Positions 1 to 9,069 of a stretch of DNA of 64,000 nt are shown here, in pieces (positions within the stretch are counted from its first letter, which is position 1; every line of letters starts with the position of its first letter). Position numbers and translations under genes: made by a program. Below the pieces are notes generated by a model. It was not told the DNA's origin. It ran no database searches and was given only the letters and a program-made list of their open reading frames with translations. Source of the DNA: an uncultured Acidiferrobacteraceae bacterium (GTDB lineage: Bacteria > Pseudomonadota > Gammaproteobacteria > Acidiferrobacterales > Sulfurifustaceae); assembly GCA_964482055.1 (NCBI GenBank), contig CAYZVX010000001.1:17057-81056 (forward strand), given 5' to 3'.

Positions 1-372
1 TTTGGCGACCAGCTGCGCACAGCGATCGAGCAGCTCGGCGGTGGGCTGCACCTGCTCAAGCACCTCCAGCACCACCCGCTCGCTGGGCAGCAGCTCTAGC
101 ACATCGCTCTCGATCAGCTCCGCCGACACGTTGATAAACGCCTTCTTGCCGCCGAGCACGCGCTCGATGCCGAGATTGTTGAAGGTGTTGATGAGCAGCC
201 GGCTGGTGGCCGCCACGTTGTCGGTGATGCGGGCGCCGCTGGCGTCGGCGGCATCGCGGAACAGCAGCTCGTAGGCGTAGATGCTCTGGTCCGCCGCGAG
301 TATCGGTTGGCGGCCAACAAACAACTGACCGGAGGTGGCCGTACCGGCAGCTGTCGCGGTCTGCGTGCGCAC
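1..372 (-). CDS. EAL-domain c-di-GMP signalling protein, N-terminal part (EAL/HDOD YuxH-like); 3' end lies outside the window
   Basis: The minus-strand frame is open to the window edge, so it is absent from the ORF track. My translation reads ...GQLFVGRQPILAADQSIYAYELLFRDAADASGARITDNVAATSRLLINTFNNLGIERVLGGKKAFINVSAELIESD..., typical of the N-terminus of EAL/HDOD proteins. The start is unresolved (GTG at 372 or TTG at 324). Confidence 0.6.
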   Translation of the reverse strand, partial: MRTQTATAAGTATSGQLFVGRQPILAADQSIYAYELLFRDAADASGARITDNVAATSRLLINTFNNLGIERVLGGKKAFINVSAELIESDVLELLPSERVVLEVLEQVQPTAELLDRCAQLVAK

Positions 373-708
373 GCGCCGTTGCGCGGTACGGCGATCGGTC
401 GTGTTGGTGAGCCAGGCAGGAATCAAGCGTCGATACCCGTGTCGTGCAGCCGTCCGCCGTCAGCCTCGCGGGGTGCGGCTCGGCAGCAGGGTGGCTCGTC
501 TAAGTCCTAGTCAGCCTTGGTGTTTGCAGGAAATGTGCCACACGGATGCGCGGTTACAGACCGGCGCGATGGGAGGCAATCGCCGGTCCCAGGTTCATTC
601 GAATCGAACCTTTCCGTGGCCACGCCAGAGGCCCGTCACGGCAGCGTCAGTATTGCGGCGCCCCCGCGGCGTTGGGCCGCGCGTTCGGACGGTGGAGTGG
701 GTGCCGGG

Positions 709-1044
709 CTAGCCACCCGGCAGCAGGGCATTGAGCTTGGCCGCGCAGACAAAGTCGTTGCGCGACAGCCCCTTCACTGTGTGCGTGCTGAAGCGCACGC
801 GGCAGCGGTTGTAGCCGACCTCGAGGTCCGGATGATGGTCTTGGCGGTGCGCGATCCAGGCCAGCGCGTTCACAAACGCCATGGTTTCGTAGTAGTTGGC
901 GAACTTGAAGGTGCGCGTGATCTCGTTTCCCGCCTCATTCAGGACCCATCCGGGCACCTGCGTTAGCAGTTGCGTCACGGCGCTGCGCTCAAGCGGCGGG
1001 GTGCCCGGCGGAACGGGACGGCAGTCTTGCTCGGCCAGCGTCAT
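709..1044 (-). CDS. pterin-4-alpha-carbinolamine dehydratase (PCD/PhhB family)
   Basis: Lies within ORF 709..1134. The internal Met at 1044 gives 111 aa (MTLAEQDC...). The motif AHRQDHHPDLEVGYNRCRVRFSTH is characteristic of PCD. The start lies 2 nt from the stop of the upstream cytochrome gene. Confidence 0.85.
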   Translation of the reverse strand: MTLAEQDCRPVPPGTPPLERSAVTQLLTQVPGWVLNEAGNEITRTFKFANYYETMAFVNALAWIAHRQDHHPDLEVGYNRCRVRFSTHTVKGLSRNDFVCAAKLNALLPGG

Positions 1045-1046
1045 CG

Positions 1047-1334
1047 CTAGAACCTGTAAAACGACTCGTTCAGGTACTTCACCAGATCGTTGAGCTCGTC
1101 CTTGCTCAAACCCGTCTTGAGCTGGGTGTTGCACAGCCTGACGCGCCCGGTGAGCCCCTCGACGCTGCGCACACTGCGATCGGCGCGCGTGTACAGCGCG
1201 CTGTCATGACATCCGGTGCAGTGCCGGCTGTGCAGGACCTTGCCGCGGGCGGCATCGCCCAACAGCAGCGCGTCGGCCTGAGCGGCGCTCGCCGTAATGA
1301 GCAGTGCTGTCGCAAGTATCGAACGGGTCAGCAT
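1047..1334 (-). CDS. small periplasmic monoheme c-type cytochrome
   Basis: Lies within ORF 1047..1553. Met at 1334 gives 95 aa with signal peptide MLTRSILATALLITASAAQA and a single CxxCH motif (CTGCH). Confidence 0.75.
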   Translation of the reverse strand: MLTRSILATALLITASAAQADALLLGDAARGKVLHSRHCTGCHDSALYTRADRSVRSVEGLTGRVRLCNTQLKTGLSKDELNDLVKYLNESFYRF

Positions 1335-1354
1335 GGCAGGTGGGTCTCCGGAGC

Positions 1355-2596
1355 TCAGGGTTTGCCGAGCAGGGTGGCGACGCGTATCGCCGCTGGCGGG
1401 TGCGAATCGTAGAACGCGGAGTGCAGCGGATCGGGCGTGAGCGTCGCGGCGTTGTCCCGGTAAAGCTTGACCAGCGCGTTGACGAGATCGCGTGCGCTGG
1501 TGGTGGCGGCGGCGAAGCGGTCGGCCTCGAGCTCGTGCTTGCGCGAGCCCCACGCCAGCAACGGGTGCAAGAAATACGTGAACACCGGACCGACCAGAAC
1601 AAAGAGCACGAGGGCGGCATGCGTCGAGGGCTCATGCACGCCAAGCCCCTCGTAGAACCAGCGCTGGTCGATGAGCCAGCCCAGCAGCGCCAGCGCGGCA
1701 AAGCTCGTCACCATGAGCAGGCCCATCCGTTTGACGACATGGCGCAGCTTGAAATGGCCAAGCTCGTGAGCGAGCACGGCCTCCACCTCAGGCGGGCGCA
1801 GACTTTTGAGGAGCGAATCGAAAAACACGATGCGTTTGCTGCGCCCCAAGCCCGTGAAGTAGGCATTGCCGTGCGCGGTGCGGCGCGAGCTGTCCACCAC
1901 GAAGATGCCCTTGCTGCGAAAGCCGGTGCGCTTGAGCAAGGCCTGGATCCGCGCGCGCAGGGTCCCGGGCTTGAGCGGTTTGAACTTGTTGAACAGCGGC
2001 GCAATCAGCGTCGGGTAGGCCCACACCATGAACAGGCTGTAGGCCATCCACAACAGCCACGCGTACAGCCACCACCACGGACCCGCCTCCTGCATGAGCC
2101 ACAGCACGGCGGCGAGGAGTGGCGCGCCGATCAGCACGAGCAGCAGCAGCGATTTCAGCTGATCGATCGCAAACAGCCTGGGCGTGGTGCGGTTGAAGCC
2201 AAAGCGCGCCTCGATCACGAAGGTCTGGTAGATGGACGCCGGAAGATCGAGCACGGCCATCGCCAGCCAGGCGCTCAGGACGAAGCCCGTGCCGGTCGCG
2301 AGCGGGCCGAATCCGAAGCCGCGCCACAGGCCATCGAGCGCGTTGAGCCCGCCGCCCAGCGTCCAGCCGAGCAGCAGCAGCGCGCCGACGACGGCATCCA
2401 CGCGCCCGAAGCGCGTCTTGGCGATGGTGTAATCGGCGGCCTTGCGGTGCGCGGCGAGCGGGATGCGGCGGCGAAACGCCGCCGGCACCTGACGGCGGTG
2501 CGTCACGACGTGGCGGATGTGGCGTGCGGCAAGCCACAGCTGTGTGAGCAGCATGCTGCCCAGCACGGCAAGGAACAGATAGGACCAGCTATTCAC
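1355..2596 (-). CDS. M48-family zinc metallopeptidase (Ste24/HtpX-like), integral membrane
   Basis: 413-aa ORF with several hydrophobic segments and the HELGH zinc motif ([12 protein letters not shown]). Confidence 0.85.
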   Translation of the reverse strand: MNSWSYLFLAVLGSMLLTQLWLAARHIRHVVTHRRQVPAAFRRRIPLAAHRKAADYTIAKTRFGRVDAVVGALLLLGWTLGGGLNALDGLWRGFGFGPLATGTGFVLSAWLAMAVLDLPASIYQTFVIEARFGFNRTTPRLFAIDQLKSLLLLVLIGAPLLAAVLWLMQEAGPWWWLYAWLLWMAYSLFMVWAYPTLIAPLFNKFKPLKPGTLRARIQALLKRTGFRSKGIFVVDSSRRTAHGNAYFTGLGRSKRIVFFDSLLKSLRPPEVEAVLAHELGHFKLRHVVKRMGLLMVTSFAALALLGWLIDQRWFYEGLGVHEPSTHAALVLFVLVGPVFTYFLHPLLAWGSRKHELEADRFAAATTSARDLVNALVKLYRDNAATLTPDPLHSAFYDSHPPAAIRVATLLGKP

Positions 2597-2655
2597 GTGT
2601 CGGCGATGCTATTATTCGCGGCGTTTCGATCCCGATTTTCGTCCGGAGCGCACGC

Positions 2656-3219
2656 ATGTCGCAAGCCCTGCAAGACGCACCCGAGCCCGGTGCTCTCATC
2701 TGGATAGACCTTGAGATGACAGGGTTAAATCCGGACGTCGACCGCATCATCGAGATCGCCACGATCGTCACGGACAATCAGCTCAACGTCGTCGCCGAGG
2801 GGCCGGTGCTGGCGGTGCGTCAGCCCGACGAGGTGCTGGCGGCGATGGATGAGTGGAACCAGCGCACGCACAAGGCGAGCGGGCTCATTGAGCGGGTACG
2901 CGCCTCGTCGCTGAGCGAGGCCGATGCCGAGCGCCAGACGCTCGAGTTCCTGCAACGCCACGTGGCGAAGAACAAATCCCCGATGTGCGGCAACAGCATC
3001 TGCCAGGACCGGCGCTTCCTCGCCCGCCACATGCCGCAACTCGAGGCCTGGTTTCATTACCGCAACCTCGACGTCAGCACCATCAAGGAGCTCGTGTATC
3101 GCTGGAAACCGTCGATCGCCAACGGTTTCAGCAAGCGCAACACGCACCAGGCGCTCGATGACGTGCGCGAGTCGATTGCCGAGCTCAGGTACTATCGCGA
3201 GCACTTCATCGCGAAGTGA
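2656..3219 (+). CDS. orn: oligoribonuclease
   Basis: 187 aa. [27 protein letters not shown] closely matches the Orn N-terminus (DEDDh exonuclease). Confidence 0.95.
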   Translation: MSQALQDAPEPGALIWIDLEMTGLNPDVDRIIEIATIVTDNQLNVVAEGPVLAVRQPDEVLAAMDEWNQRTHKASGLIERVRASSLSEADAERQTLEFLQRHVAKNKSPMCGNSICQDRRFLARHMPQLEAWFHYRNLDVSTIKELVYRWKPSIANGFSKRNTHQALDDVRESIAELRYYREHFIAK

Positions 3220-3220
3220 G

Positions 3221-3283
3221 CAGTGGCAGTGAACGGTGATCAGTGTCAGTGAACGGTCAAGGTTTACCGTTCACTGCTCACTG
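3221..3283. terminator. stem-loop built from a tandem 20-bp direct repeat plus an inverted copy, between convergent orn and queG (probable shared terminator)
   Basis: cagtgGcagtgaacggt (3221-3237) and cagtgTcagtgaacggt (3241-3257) are direct repeats. accgttcactg (3266-3276), extending through ctcactg to 3283, is their reverse complement. This gives an 11-bp perfect stem (about 16 bp with an internal loop) and an 8-nt loop, followed by only a weak T-run (ttt). Confidence 0.45.
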
Positions 3284-3284
3284 T

Positions 3285-4370
3285 TTACAGATCACTACCA
3301 TGCCGCGCCAGCGCCCAGCGCACGTGCTCGCGCACCAGCGCCGAGGGGTGTTGGGCACGCGCGCGCAACGCGGCGATGACTTCGGGCTGCGTGGGGGCGT
3401 TACCGAGGGCCACGGCGAGATTGCGCAGCCAGCGCTCATAGCCGACGCGCCGCAGCGCCGAGCCTTCGGTGCGGTGCGCGAATTCCGTCTCGCTCCAGCC
3501 GAACAACGTCGCCAGGCGCGGCGCGTCGAGCCCGTGGCGCGGCGCGAAGTCCGGTTCCGCCGTGCGGTGCGCGAAACGATTCCACGGGCACACCATCTGG
3601 CAGTCGTCGCACCCGTAGATGCGGTTGCCGATCAGCGGCCGCAACTTCTCCGGGATGGATCCGTGCAGCTCGATGGTGAGATAGGAGATGCAGCGCCGCG
3701 CGTCGAGCTGGTAGGGCGCGACGATCGCGCGCGTCGGGCAGACATCGAGGCAGGCCTGGCAGGTACCGCAGTGATCGGCGGCGGGTGCATCCACCGGCAG
3801 CGGCAGGTCGGTGTAGATCTCCCCGATGAAGAACCACGAACCGCCGTGGCGGTCGATGAGGTTGGTGTGCTTGCCGATCCAGCCGAGCCCGGCCTTCTGC
3901 GCGAGCGGCTTTTCCAGCACCGGTGCGCTGTCGGTGAACACGCGGTAGGCGAAGGGGCCGACCGCGGCCTCGATACGCGCGGCGAGCCGCGCCAGCCGTG
4001 CGCGCAGCACCTTGTGGTAGTCGCGCCCCAGGGCATAGCGCGACACGAATCCGAGTGTCGCGTCGGCGAGGACGTTCCCCGCGTCGGCCGCGGCCGGCCA
4101 GTAGTCGAGCCGCGCACTGATCACCCGCACCGTGCCGGGCACGAGCTCGGCCGGGCGGCTACGCCGCAGCCCGTGGCGCACCATGTAGTGCATCTCGCCG
4201 TGATAACCCGCCTCAAGCCAGGCGGCCAGACGGGCCTCGGCCGTGCCCAGATCGGTGTCGGCAATGCCGATCGACTGAAAGCCGAGCTCCGCCCCCCAGC
4301 GCTTGATGTCATGGGCGAGCCCGGCGAGGTCGACGGGGCGCGGGGTCGGTTCGCTTCGTGCACTCGCCAT
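3285..4370 (-). CDS. queG: epoxyqueuosine reductase
   Basis: 361 aa with two 4Fe-4S ferredoxin motifs (CGTCQACLDVCP, CDDCQMVCPWN). Lies divergent from nnr, as in E. coli yjeS-yjeF. Confidence 0.92.
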   Translation of the reverse strand: MASARSEPTPRPVDLAGLAHDIKRWGAELGFQSIGIADTDLGTAEARLAAWLEAGYHGEMHYMVRHGLRRSRPAELVPGTVRVISARLDYWPAAADAGNVLADATLGFVSRYALGRDYHKVLRARLARLAARIEAAVGPFAYRVFTDSAPVLEKPLAQKAGLGWIGKHTNLIDRHGGSWFFIGEIYTDLPLPVDAPAADHCGTCQACLDVCPTRAIVAPYQLDARRCISYLTIELHGSIPEKLRPLIGNRIYGCDDCQMVCPWNRFAHRTAEPDFAPRHGLDAPRLATLFGWSETEFAHRTEGSALRRVGYERWLRNLAVALGNAPTQPEVIAALRARAQHPSALVREHVRWALARHGSDL

Positions 4371-4413
4371 GCGGCACTATGATACCTATACCGCCACCGG
4401 AAAAATCGACCGC

Positions 4414-5901
4414 ATGGAGTTGCCTCGCCATCTCTACAGCACCGCGCAGGCGCGCGAGCTCGACCGCCGCGCGATCGAGCAGCACGGAATCCCCGCGGGC
4501 GAGCTCATGCGCCGTGCCGGGCAGGCGGCCTTCCGCCTGTTGCGCGTTCGCTACCCGCGCGCCCGACGCGTGACGGTGGTGTGCGGTCCGGGTAACAACG
4601 GCGGCGATGGTTATGTGGTCGCCCGCCTGGCGCACGAAGCCGGTCTCAGCGTGCGGGTGCTGACGCTCGGGGAGCGCGGCGCGCTCAAGGGCGAGGCCAG
4701 GCTGGCGCATGACGCCTGTGTGGCCGGGGGTCTCGAGCCCGAGCCGTTCACCGCGGAACTGCCCGACGCCGAGCTGATCGTCGATGCGATATTCGGCACC
4801 GGCCTCGAGCGCGAGGTGACCGGTCAATGGCGCACCGCCATTGAGGCCATCAACGCCGCCGGCCGGCCGGTCATCGCGCTCGACGTGCCTTCCGGGTTGC
4901 ACGCCGACACCGGCCGCGTGCTGGGCGCCGCGGTGCGGGCCGATGTCACCATCGGCTTCATCGGCCTGAAGGTCGGTCTGCTCACGGGCGCTGGCCGCGA
5001 GCACTGCGGCGCCATCCATGTTGACGACTTGCAGGTTCCCGAGGCTGTTTTTGCGGACGTGCCGGCGGTCGCGAGCCGCATGGTCGCGGCCGACCTCAAG
5101 CCCCTGCTGCCGCGCCGCCGGCGCGACGCCCACAAGGGCGCGGGCGGGCATGTGCTCGTGATCGGCGGGGCGCGCGGCATGCCCGGCGCGGCGCGCATGG
5201 CTGGCGAGGCCGCCTATCGCAGCGGGGCTGGCCTGGTCACGGTCGCCACGGATCCGGCGCACGCCTCGGTGCTCAACGTCGAGCGTCCGGAGCTGATCGT
5301 GCACGGGGTGCAAAGCGCGTCCGCCCTGGCGACGCTGCTGGCGCAGGCCGATTGCGTGGCGCTCGGGCCGGGGCTCGGCCAGGACGAATGGGGGCGCACG
5401 ATGCTCGCGGCGGCCATCGAGGCAGCGCGCCCGCTGGTGGTCGATGCTGACGCCTTGAATCTTCTCGCGCGCGATCCCGTGCACCGCGAGGACTGGGTGC
5501 TCACCCCGCACCCCGGTGAGGCCGCGCGCCTGACCGGCGTTTCGGCGGCCGAGGTGCAGGCCGATCGGCTGACGGCGGTGCGGGCGGTCTGCGCGCGTTA
5601 CGGCGGCACCTGCGTGCTCAAGGGCTCGGGCACGCTCGTGACCACCCATCGCGAGGCCGCGCTGTTCCTGTGCGACCGTGGCAACCCGGGCATGGCAAGC
5701 GGCGGCATGGGGGACGTGCTGACCGGCATCATTGCCGCCTTGGTCGCGCAGGGCGTGGCGCCGCCGGATGCCGCGCGCCTCGGCGTGTGGCTGCACGCCA
5801 GCGCAGGGGATGCGGCGGCGCAGGGGGGCGAGCGCGGCCTGCTCGCATCGGACCTGCTGGCGGCGCTGCGCGCGGTGCTGCACCGCCTCACGGCGCCATG
5901 A
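4414..5901 (+). CDS. nnr: bifunctional NAD(P)H-hydrate epimerase / ADP-dependent dehydratase
   Basis: Lies within ORF 4303..5901. The start was chosen at Met 4414 (MELPRHLYSTAQARELDRRAIE...). It has the YjeF N- and C-terminal domains (GPGNNGGDG, GMASGGMGDVLTG). Confidence 0.9.
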   Translation: MELPRHLYSTAQARELDRRAIEQHGIPAGELMRRAGQAAFRLLRVRYPRARRVTVVCGPGNNGGDGYVVARLAHEAGLSVRVLTLGERGALKGEARLAHDACVAGGLEPEPFTAELPDAELIVDAIFGTGLEREVTGQWRTAIEAINAAGRPVIALDVPSGLHADTGRVLGAAVRADVTIGFIGLKVGLLTGAGREHCGAIHVDDLQVPEAVFADVPAVASRMVAADLKPLLPRRRRDAHKGAGGHVLVIGGARGMPGAARMAGEAAYRSGAGLVTVATDPAHASVLNVERPELIVHGVQSASALATLLAQADCVALGPGLGQDEWGRTMLAAAIEAARPLVVDADALNLLARDPVHREDWVLTPHPGEAARLTGVSAAEVQADRLTAVRAVCARYGGTCVLKGSGTLVTTHREAALFLCDRGNPGMASGGMGDVLTGIIAALVAQGVAPPDAARLGVWLHASAGDAAAQGGERGLLASDLLAALRAVLHRLTAP

Positions 5902-6353
5902 GAACGATCGCGCTCGATGTCGCCAGTGAGGAGGACATGGTCGCGCTGGGAAGACGGCTCGCGCACGGGCTCGATCGCGTGCGGCTGCTGTACCTGCGCG
6001 GGCCGCTCGGCTGCGGCAAGACCACGCTCGTGCGCGGCATCCTGCGCGGGCTCGGTCACCACGGTCCGGTCAAGAGCCCGACGTTTACGCTCGTCGAGTC
6101 CTATGCGCTCGCGCGCAACGTGCACCACTTCGATCTGTATCGCCTCAAGGACCCCGAGGAGCTCGAGTTCCTGGGAATACGCGACTACCTGCAGGGTGAG
6201 GACCTGTGCATCGTGGAGTGGCCGGAGCGGGCCGGAAGGGTTTTGTCCGCTCCGGACGTTGACGTTATGATCGAGGCTACGGACATGGGACGGCACGTAC
6301 AGTTCACGGCCCACAGCGCCGGCGGTGAGTCGCTCGTGAGCGGCCTGGCATGA
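5898..6353 (+). CDS. tsaE: tRNA t6A37 threonylcarbamoyltransferase complex ATPase TsaE
   Basis: The ATG at 5898 overlaps the nnr stop (ATGA). P-loop GPLGCGKTT, plus SPTFTLV and HFDLYRL motifs. Confidence 0.92.
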   Translation: MRTIALDVASEEDMVALGRRLAHGLDRVRLLYLRGPLGCGKTTLVRGILRGLGHHGPVKSPTFTLVESYALARNVHHFDLYRLKDPEELEFLGIRDYLQGEDLCIVEWPERAGRVLSAPDVDVMIEATDMGRHVQFTAHSAGGESLVSGLA

Positions 6354-7708
6354 AGGCTGTGCGCGCGTTCCTTGGCGCGGCCGCCCTGTGGCTTGCGGGC
6401 ACGGCGCTGGCTGCCGGGACGGCCGTGCAGAGCGTGCGCCTCTGGGATGCCCCTGACCACAGCCGCCTGGTGCTCGACCTGAGCCAGCCGCTCGAGCATC
6501 GCGTGCTGGTGCTGCAGAACCCGCCGCGCGTTGTCATTGATCTGGAACGCACGCGCCTGCAGGGCGAGTTGCCGGCAGTGGCGCCAGGCAGTCCCTTCGT
6601 CATGGCGCTGCGCACCGCGCAGTTCGACGCCGATACCCTGCGCATCGTGCTCGACCTGAAGAAAGAGGCCAACCCGCGCACGTTCGTCCTGCCGCCGGCC
6701 GGCCCCTACGGGCATCGCCTGGTCGTTGATCTGTATGGCACGGAATCCGCCCGGGACGCCGACCCTGGCGGAGCCGCCGCGCGCCGCAACGGCGGACGCG
6801 CCGAGATGCAGGCGCCGCGCGAGATCGTCATTGCCATCGATGCCGGTCACGGCGGGGAGGATCCTGGCGCCATCGGGCCGCGCTACCGCACGCGCGAAAA
6901 GGACGTAACGCTCGCCGTGGCGCGCGAACTCGCGCGCCTGGTGGCGGCCACGCCCGGCATGCGCCCGGTGCTGACGCGCGACGGCGACTACTATGTCGGC
7001 CTCGCGCAGCGTTTCCGCACGGCCGAGGCGCAGCGCGCCGATGTGTTCGTTTCGATCCATGCCGATGCCGTTCCCGGGCGGCAGGCCAACGGGTCGTCGG
7101 TCTACGCGTTGTCGGAGCGCGGTGCGAGCAGCGTGCTGGCGAAGCTGCTGTCCGACCGCGAGAACCTCGCCGACCTGATCGGTGGTGTCGACGTCAGCGT
7201 GCGCGACGACTACCTGCACAAGACCATGGCCGACCTGTACCAGACCAAGACCATCGAGTACAGCCTGCAGATGGGGCAGGACATCCTCACCGAGCTGCGC
7301 CACGTCGGCCCGATTCATCTGAGCAAGGTCAACCAGGCGGCGTTCATGGTGCTGAAGTCGCCCAAGGTGCCCTCGGTGCTGGTCGAGACCGCCTTCATCA
7401 GCAACCCGAGCGAGGAGAAGAAACTGCGCACCCGGGATTTTCAGCAGGCGCTGGCGCGCGGCGTATTTGCCGGCATCAAGCGCTATCTCGCGCGCGGCGC
7501 GCCGCCCGCGCCCACCATCGTGGCGAGCGCGGCCCAAGACAGAGCTTCGGCCAATCCGAACGAGCACATCGTGCGGCCGGGCGAGACGCTGGCCGGGATC
7601 GCGCGCCAGCACAACATCCACATCGAGGCGTTGCGCTTTCTCAATAACCTCGGCGACAAAGAGCCACCGGTGGGCGCGCGCCTGCGCCTGCTCGGCAGCG
7701 ACACCTGA
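6350..7708 (+). CDS. amiB: N-acetylmuramoyl-L-alanine amidase (AMIN domain + amidase_3 + C-terminal LysM)
   Basis: 452 aa with a signal peptide. AMIN-like N-terminus (VRLWDAPDHSRLVLDL), amidase_3 core (IDAGHGGEDPGA ... VSIHADA ... LVETAFISNPSEE) and LysM tail (HIVRPGETLAGIARQHN). Synteny is nnr-tsaE-amiB. Confidence 0.9.
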   Translation: MKAVRAFLGAAALWLAGTALAAGTAVQSVRLWDAPDHSRLVLDLSQPLEHRVLVLQNPPRVVIDLERTRLQGELPAVAPGSPFVMALRTAQFDADTLRIVLDLKKEANPRTFVLPPAGPYGHRLVVDLYGTESARDADPGGAAARRNGGRAEMQAPREIVIAIDAGHGGEDPGAIGPRYRTREKDVTLAVARELARLVAATPGMRPVLTRDGDYYVGLAQRFRTAEAQRADVFVSIHADAVPGRQANGSSVYALSERGASSVLAKLLSDRENLADLIGGVDVSVRDDYLHKTMADLYQTKTIEYSLQMGQDILTELRHVGPIHLSKVNQAAFMVLKSPKVPSVLVETAFISNPSEEKKLRTRDFQQALARGVFAGIKRYLARGAPPAPTIVASAAQDRASANPNEHIVRPGETLAGIARQHNIHIEALRFLNNLGDKEPPVGARLRLLGSDT

Positions 7709-7780
7709 GGGGCGCGGCAATGGCGTCTGAGGTATGATCCTGCGCGGCTTTCGTGCACTGGTTTTGAAAAGGAGAACATC

Positions 7781-8965
7781 GTGAGCGCACGGTTTGTCGT
7801 CCGCACCGGCCTTGTCGGCGTGATGCTGCTCGCCGGCATCGTGGCCTGTCAGAAGAAAGGGGAGCCGGCAAAGGCGCAGGACGGCGTGTTGGTCGTCAGA
7901 ATCGGCTCAGTGGCGCCGCTTACCGGACCGCAGGCGCACATCGGCAAGGACAACGATAACGGTGCGCGCCTGGCGATCGAGGAGATCAACGCCGTGGGTG
8001 TGACGCTCGGCGGCCGCAAGGTGCGCTTCGAGATTTTGAGCGAAGACGACCAGGCCGACCCGAAGACCGCCACCATCGTGGCGCAGAAACTGGTGGATGC
8101 GCAGGTCAAGGGCGTCATCGGGCATCTCAACTCCGGCACCTCGATCCCGGCGTCCAAGATCTACTTCGACGCCGGCATCCCGCAGATCTCGCCCTCGGCC
8201 ACCGCCATTAAGTACACCGAGCAGGGCTTCAAGACCGCGTTTCGCGTCATGACCAACGACCGCCAGCAGGGCAAGGTGCTGGGCGAGTACGCCGTGCGCA
8301 AGATGGGGGCCAAGACGGTCGCGATCATCGATGACCGCACCGCCTACGGGCAGGGCTTGGCCGATGAGGTCGAGAAGGCGGTCATCGCCGCCGGCGGTAA
8401 GGTCGTGGCGCGCGAATACACCAACGACCGCGCCACCGACTTTCAGGCCATCCTGACCAGCATCAAGGCGAAGAATCCGGATGTCATCTTCTACGGCGGC
8501 ATGGACCCGCAGGGCGCACCCATGGTCAAGCAGATGCACGCCCTCGGCATCAAAGCGCGCTTTCTCGGCGCTGACGGCGTACAGACGCTCGAGTTCCTGA
8601 AGCTCGCGGGCAGTGCCGCGGAAGGGGCAACCGCCTCCTCGCCGGGCCTGCCGCTCGACGACATGCCGGGCGGCAAGGCATTCAAGGAGAAGTACACGGC
8701 CAAGTACGGTCCCATCCAGGTCTACGCCCCGTACGCCTATGACGCCGCGATGGCCATGGTCGAGGCGATGAAGAAGGCCGACTCCGCGGAACCGGCGAAG
8801 TACCTGGCGCAGCTGCCGAGCGTGCAGTTCCAGGGCGTCACCGGCCCGATCGCCTTCGATGAGAAGGGGGATGTGAAAGGCGGCGCCATCACGCTCTACC
8901 GGGTCAAGGCCGGCAAGTGGGAGACGCTCGAAACGGTCATGAGCGGCGCCCCGACCGCGAAGTAA
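7781..8965 (+). CDS. branched-chain amino-acid ABC transporter, periplasmic substrate-binding protein
   Basis: 394 aa with a GTG start after the AAGGAGA ribosome-binding site. Lipoprotein-like signal (LLAGIVAC) and LivJ/LivK-type sequence. First gene of a five-gene liv-type operon. Confidence 0.88.
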   Translation: MSARFVVRTGLVGVMLLAGIVACQKKGEPAKAQDGVLVVRIGSVAPLTGPQAHIGKDNDNGARLAIEEINAVGVTLGGRKVRFEILSEDDQADPKTATIVAQKLVDAQVKGVIGHLNSGTSIPASKIYFDAGIPQISPSATAIKYTEQGFKTAFRVMTNDRQQGKVLGEYAVRKMGAKTVAIIDDRTAYGQGLADEVEKAVIAAGGKVVAREYTNDRATDFQAILTSIKAKNPDVIFYGGMDPQGAPMVKQMHALGIKARFLGADGVQTLEFLKLAGSAAEGATASSPGLPLDDMPGGKAFKEKYTAKYGPIQVYAPYAYDAAMAMVEAMKKADSAEPAKYLAQLPSVQFQGVTGPIAFDEKGDVKGGAITLYRVKAGKWETLETVMSGAPTAK

Positions 8966-9069
8966 CGAAAGCGCGCTTGCTTCGCCTCGTGTAGAGCCAA
9001 GTTGACCGCTACGGCGACCGGACTCTATTTTTTCGCCGACAACCAACCCCCGACACGACGGGGACCGCC

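Noticed and set aside
583-611. tRNA/tmRNA-like T-arm (minus strand ggttcgattcgaatgaacc).
   Set aside because: The loop is 9 nt rather than 7. There is no acceptor stem, D-arm, anticodon arm or CCA context around it. It is better described as a simple palindrome around ATTCGAAT.
373-708. c-di-GMP (GEMM-type) riboswitch upstream of the EAL-domain gene.
   Set aside because: I looked on the minus strand for the conserved GEMM-I elements as I remember them (GGCAAA..., ACGCAAAGC..., paired GNRA loop/receptor hairpins) and found none. Only generic hairpins are present.
9020-9035. T-run (ctctattttttcg) in the livK-livH spacer as an intrinsic terminator.
   Set aside because: I could not find a stable GC-rich hairpin immediately upstream, only a weak bulged pairing with a 21-nt loop. 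It may modulate read-through but is not supportable as a terminator.
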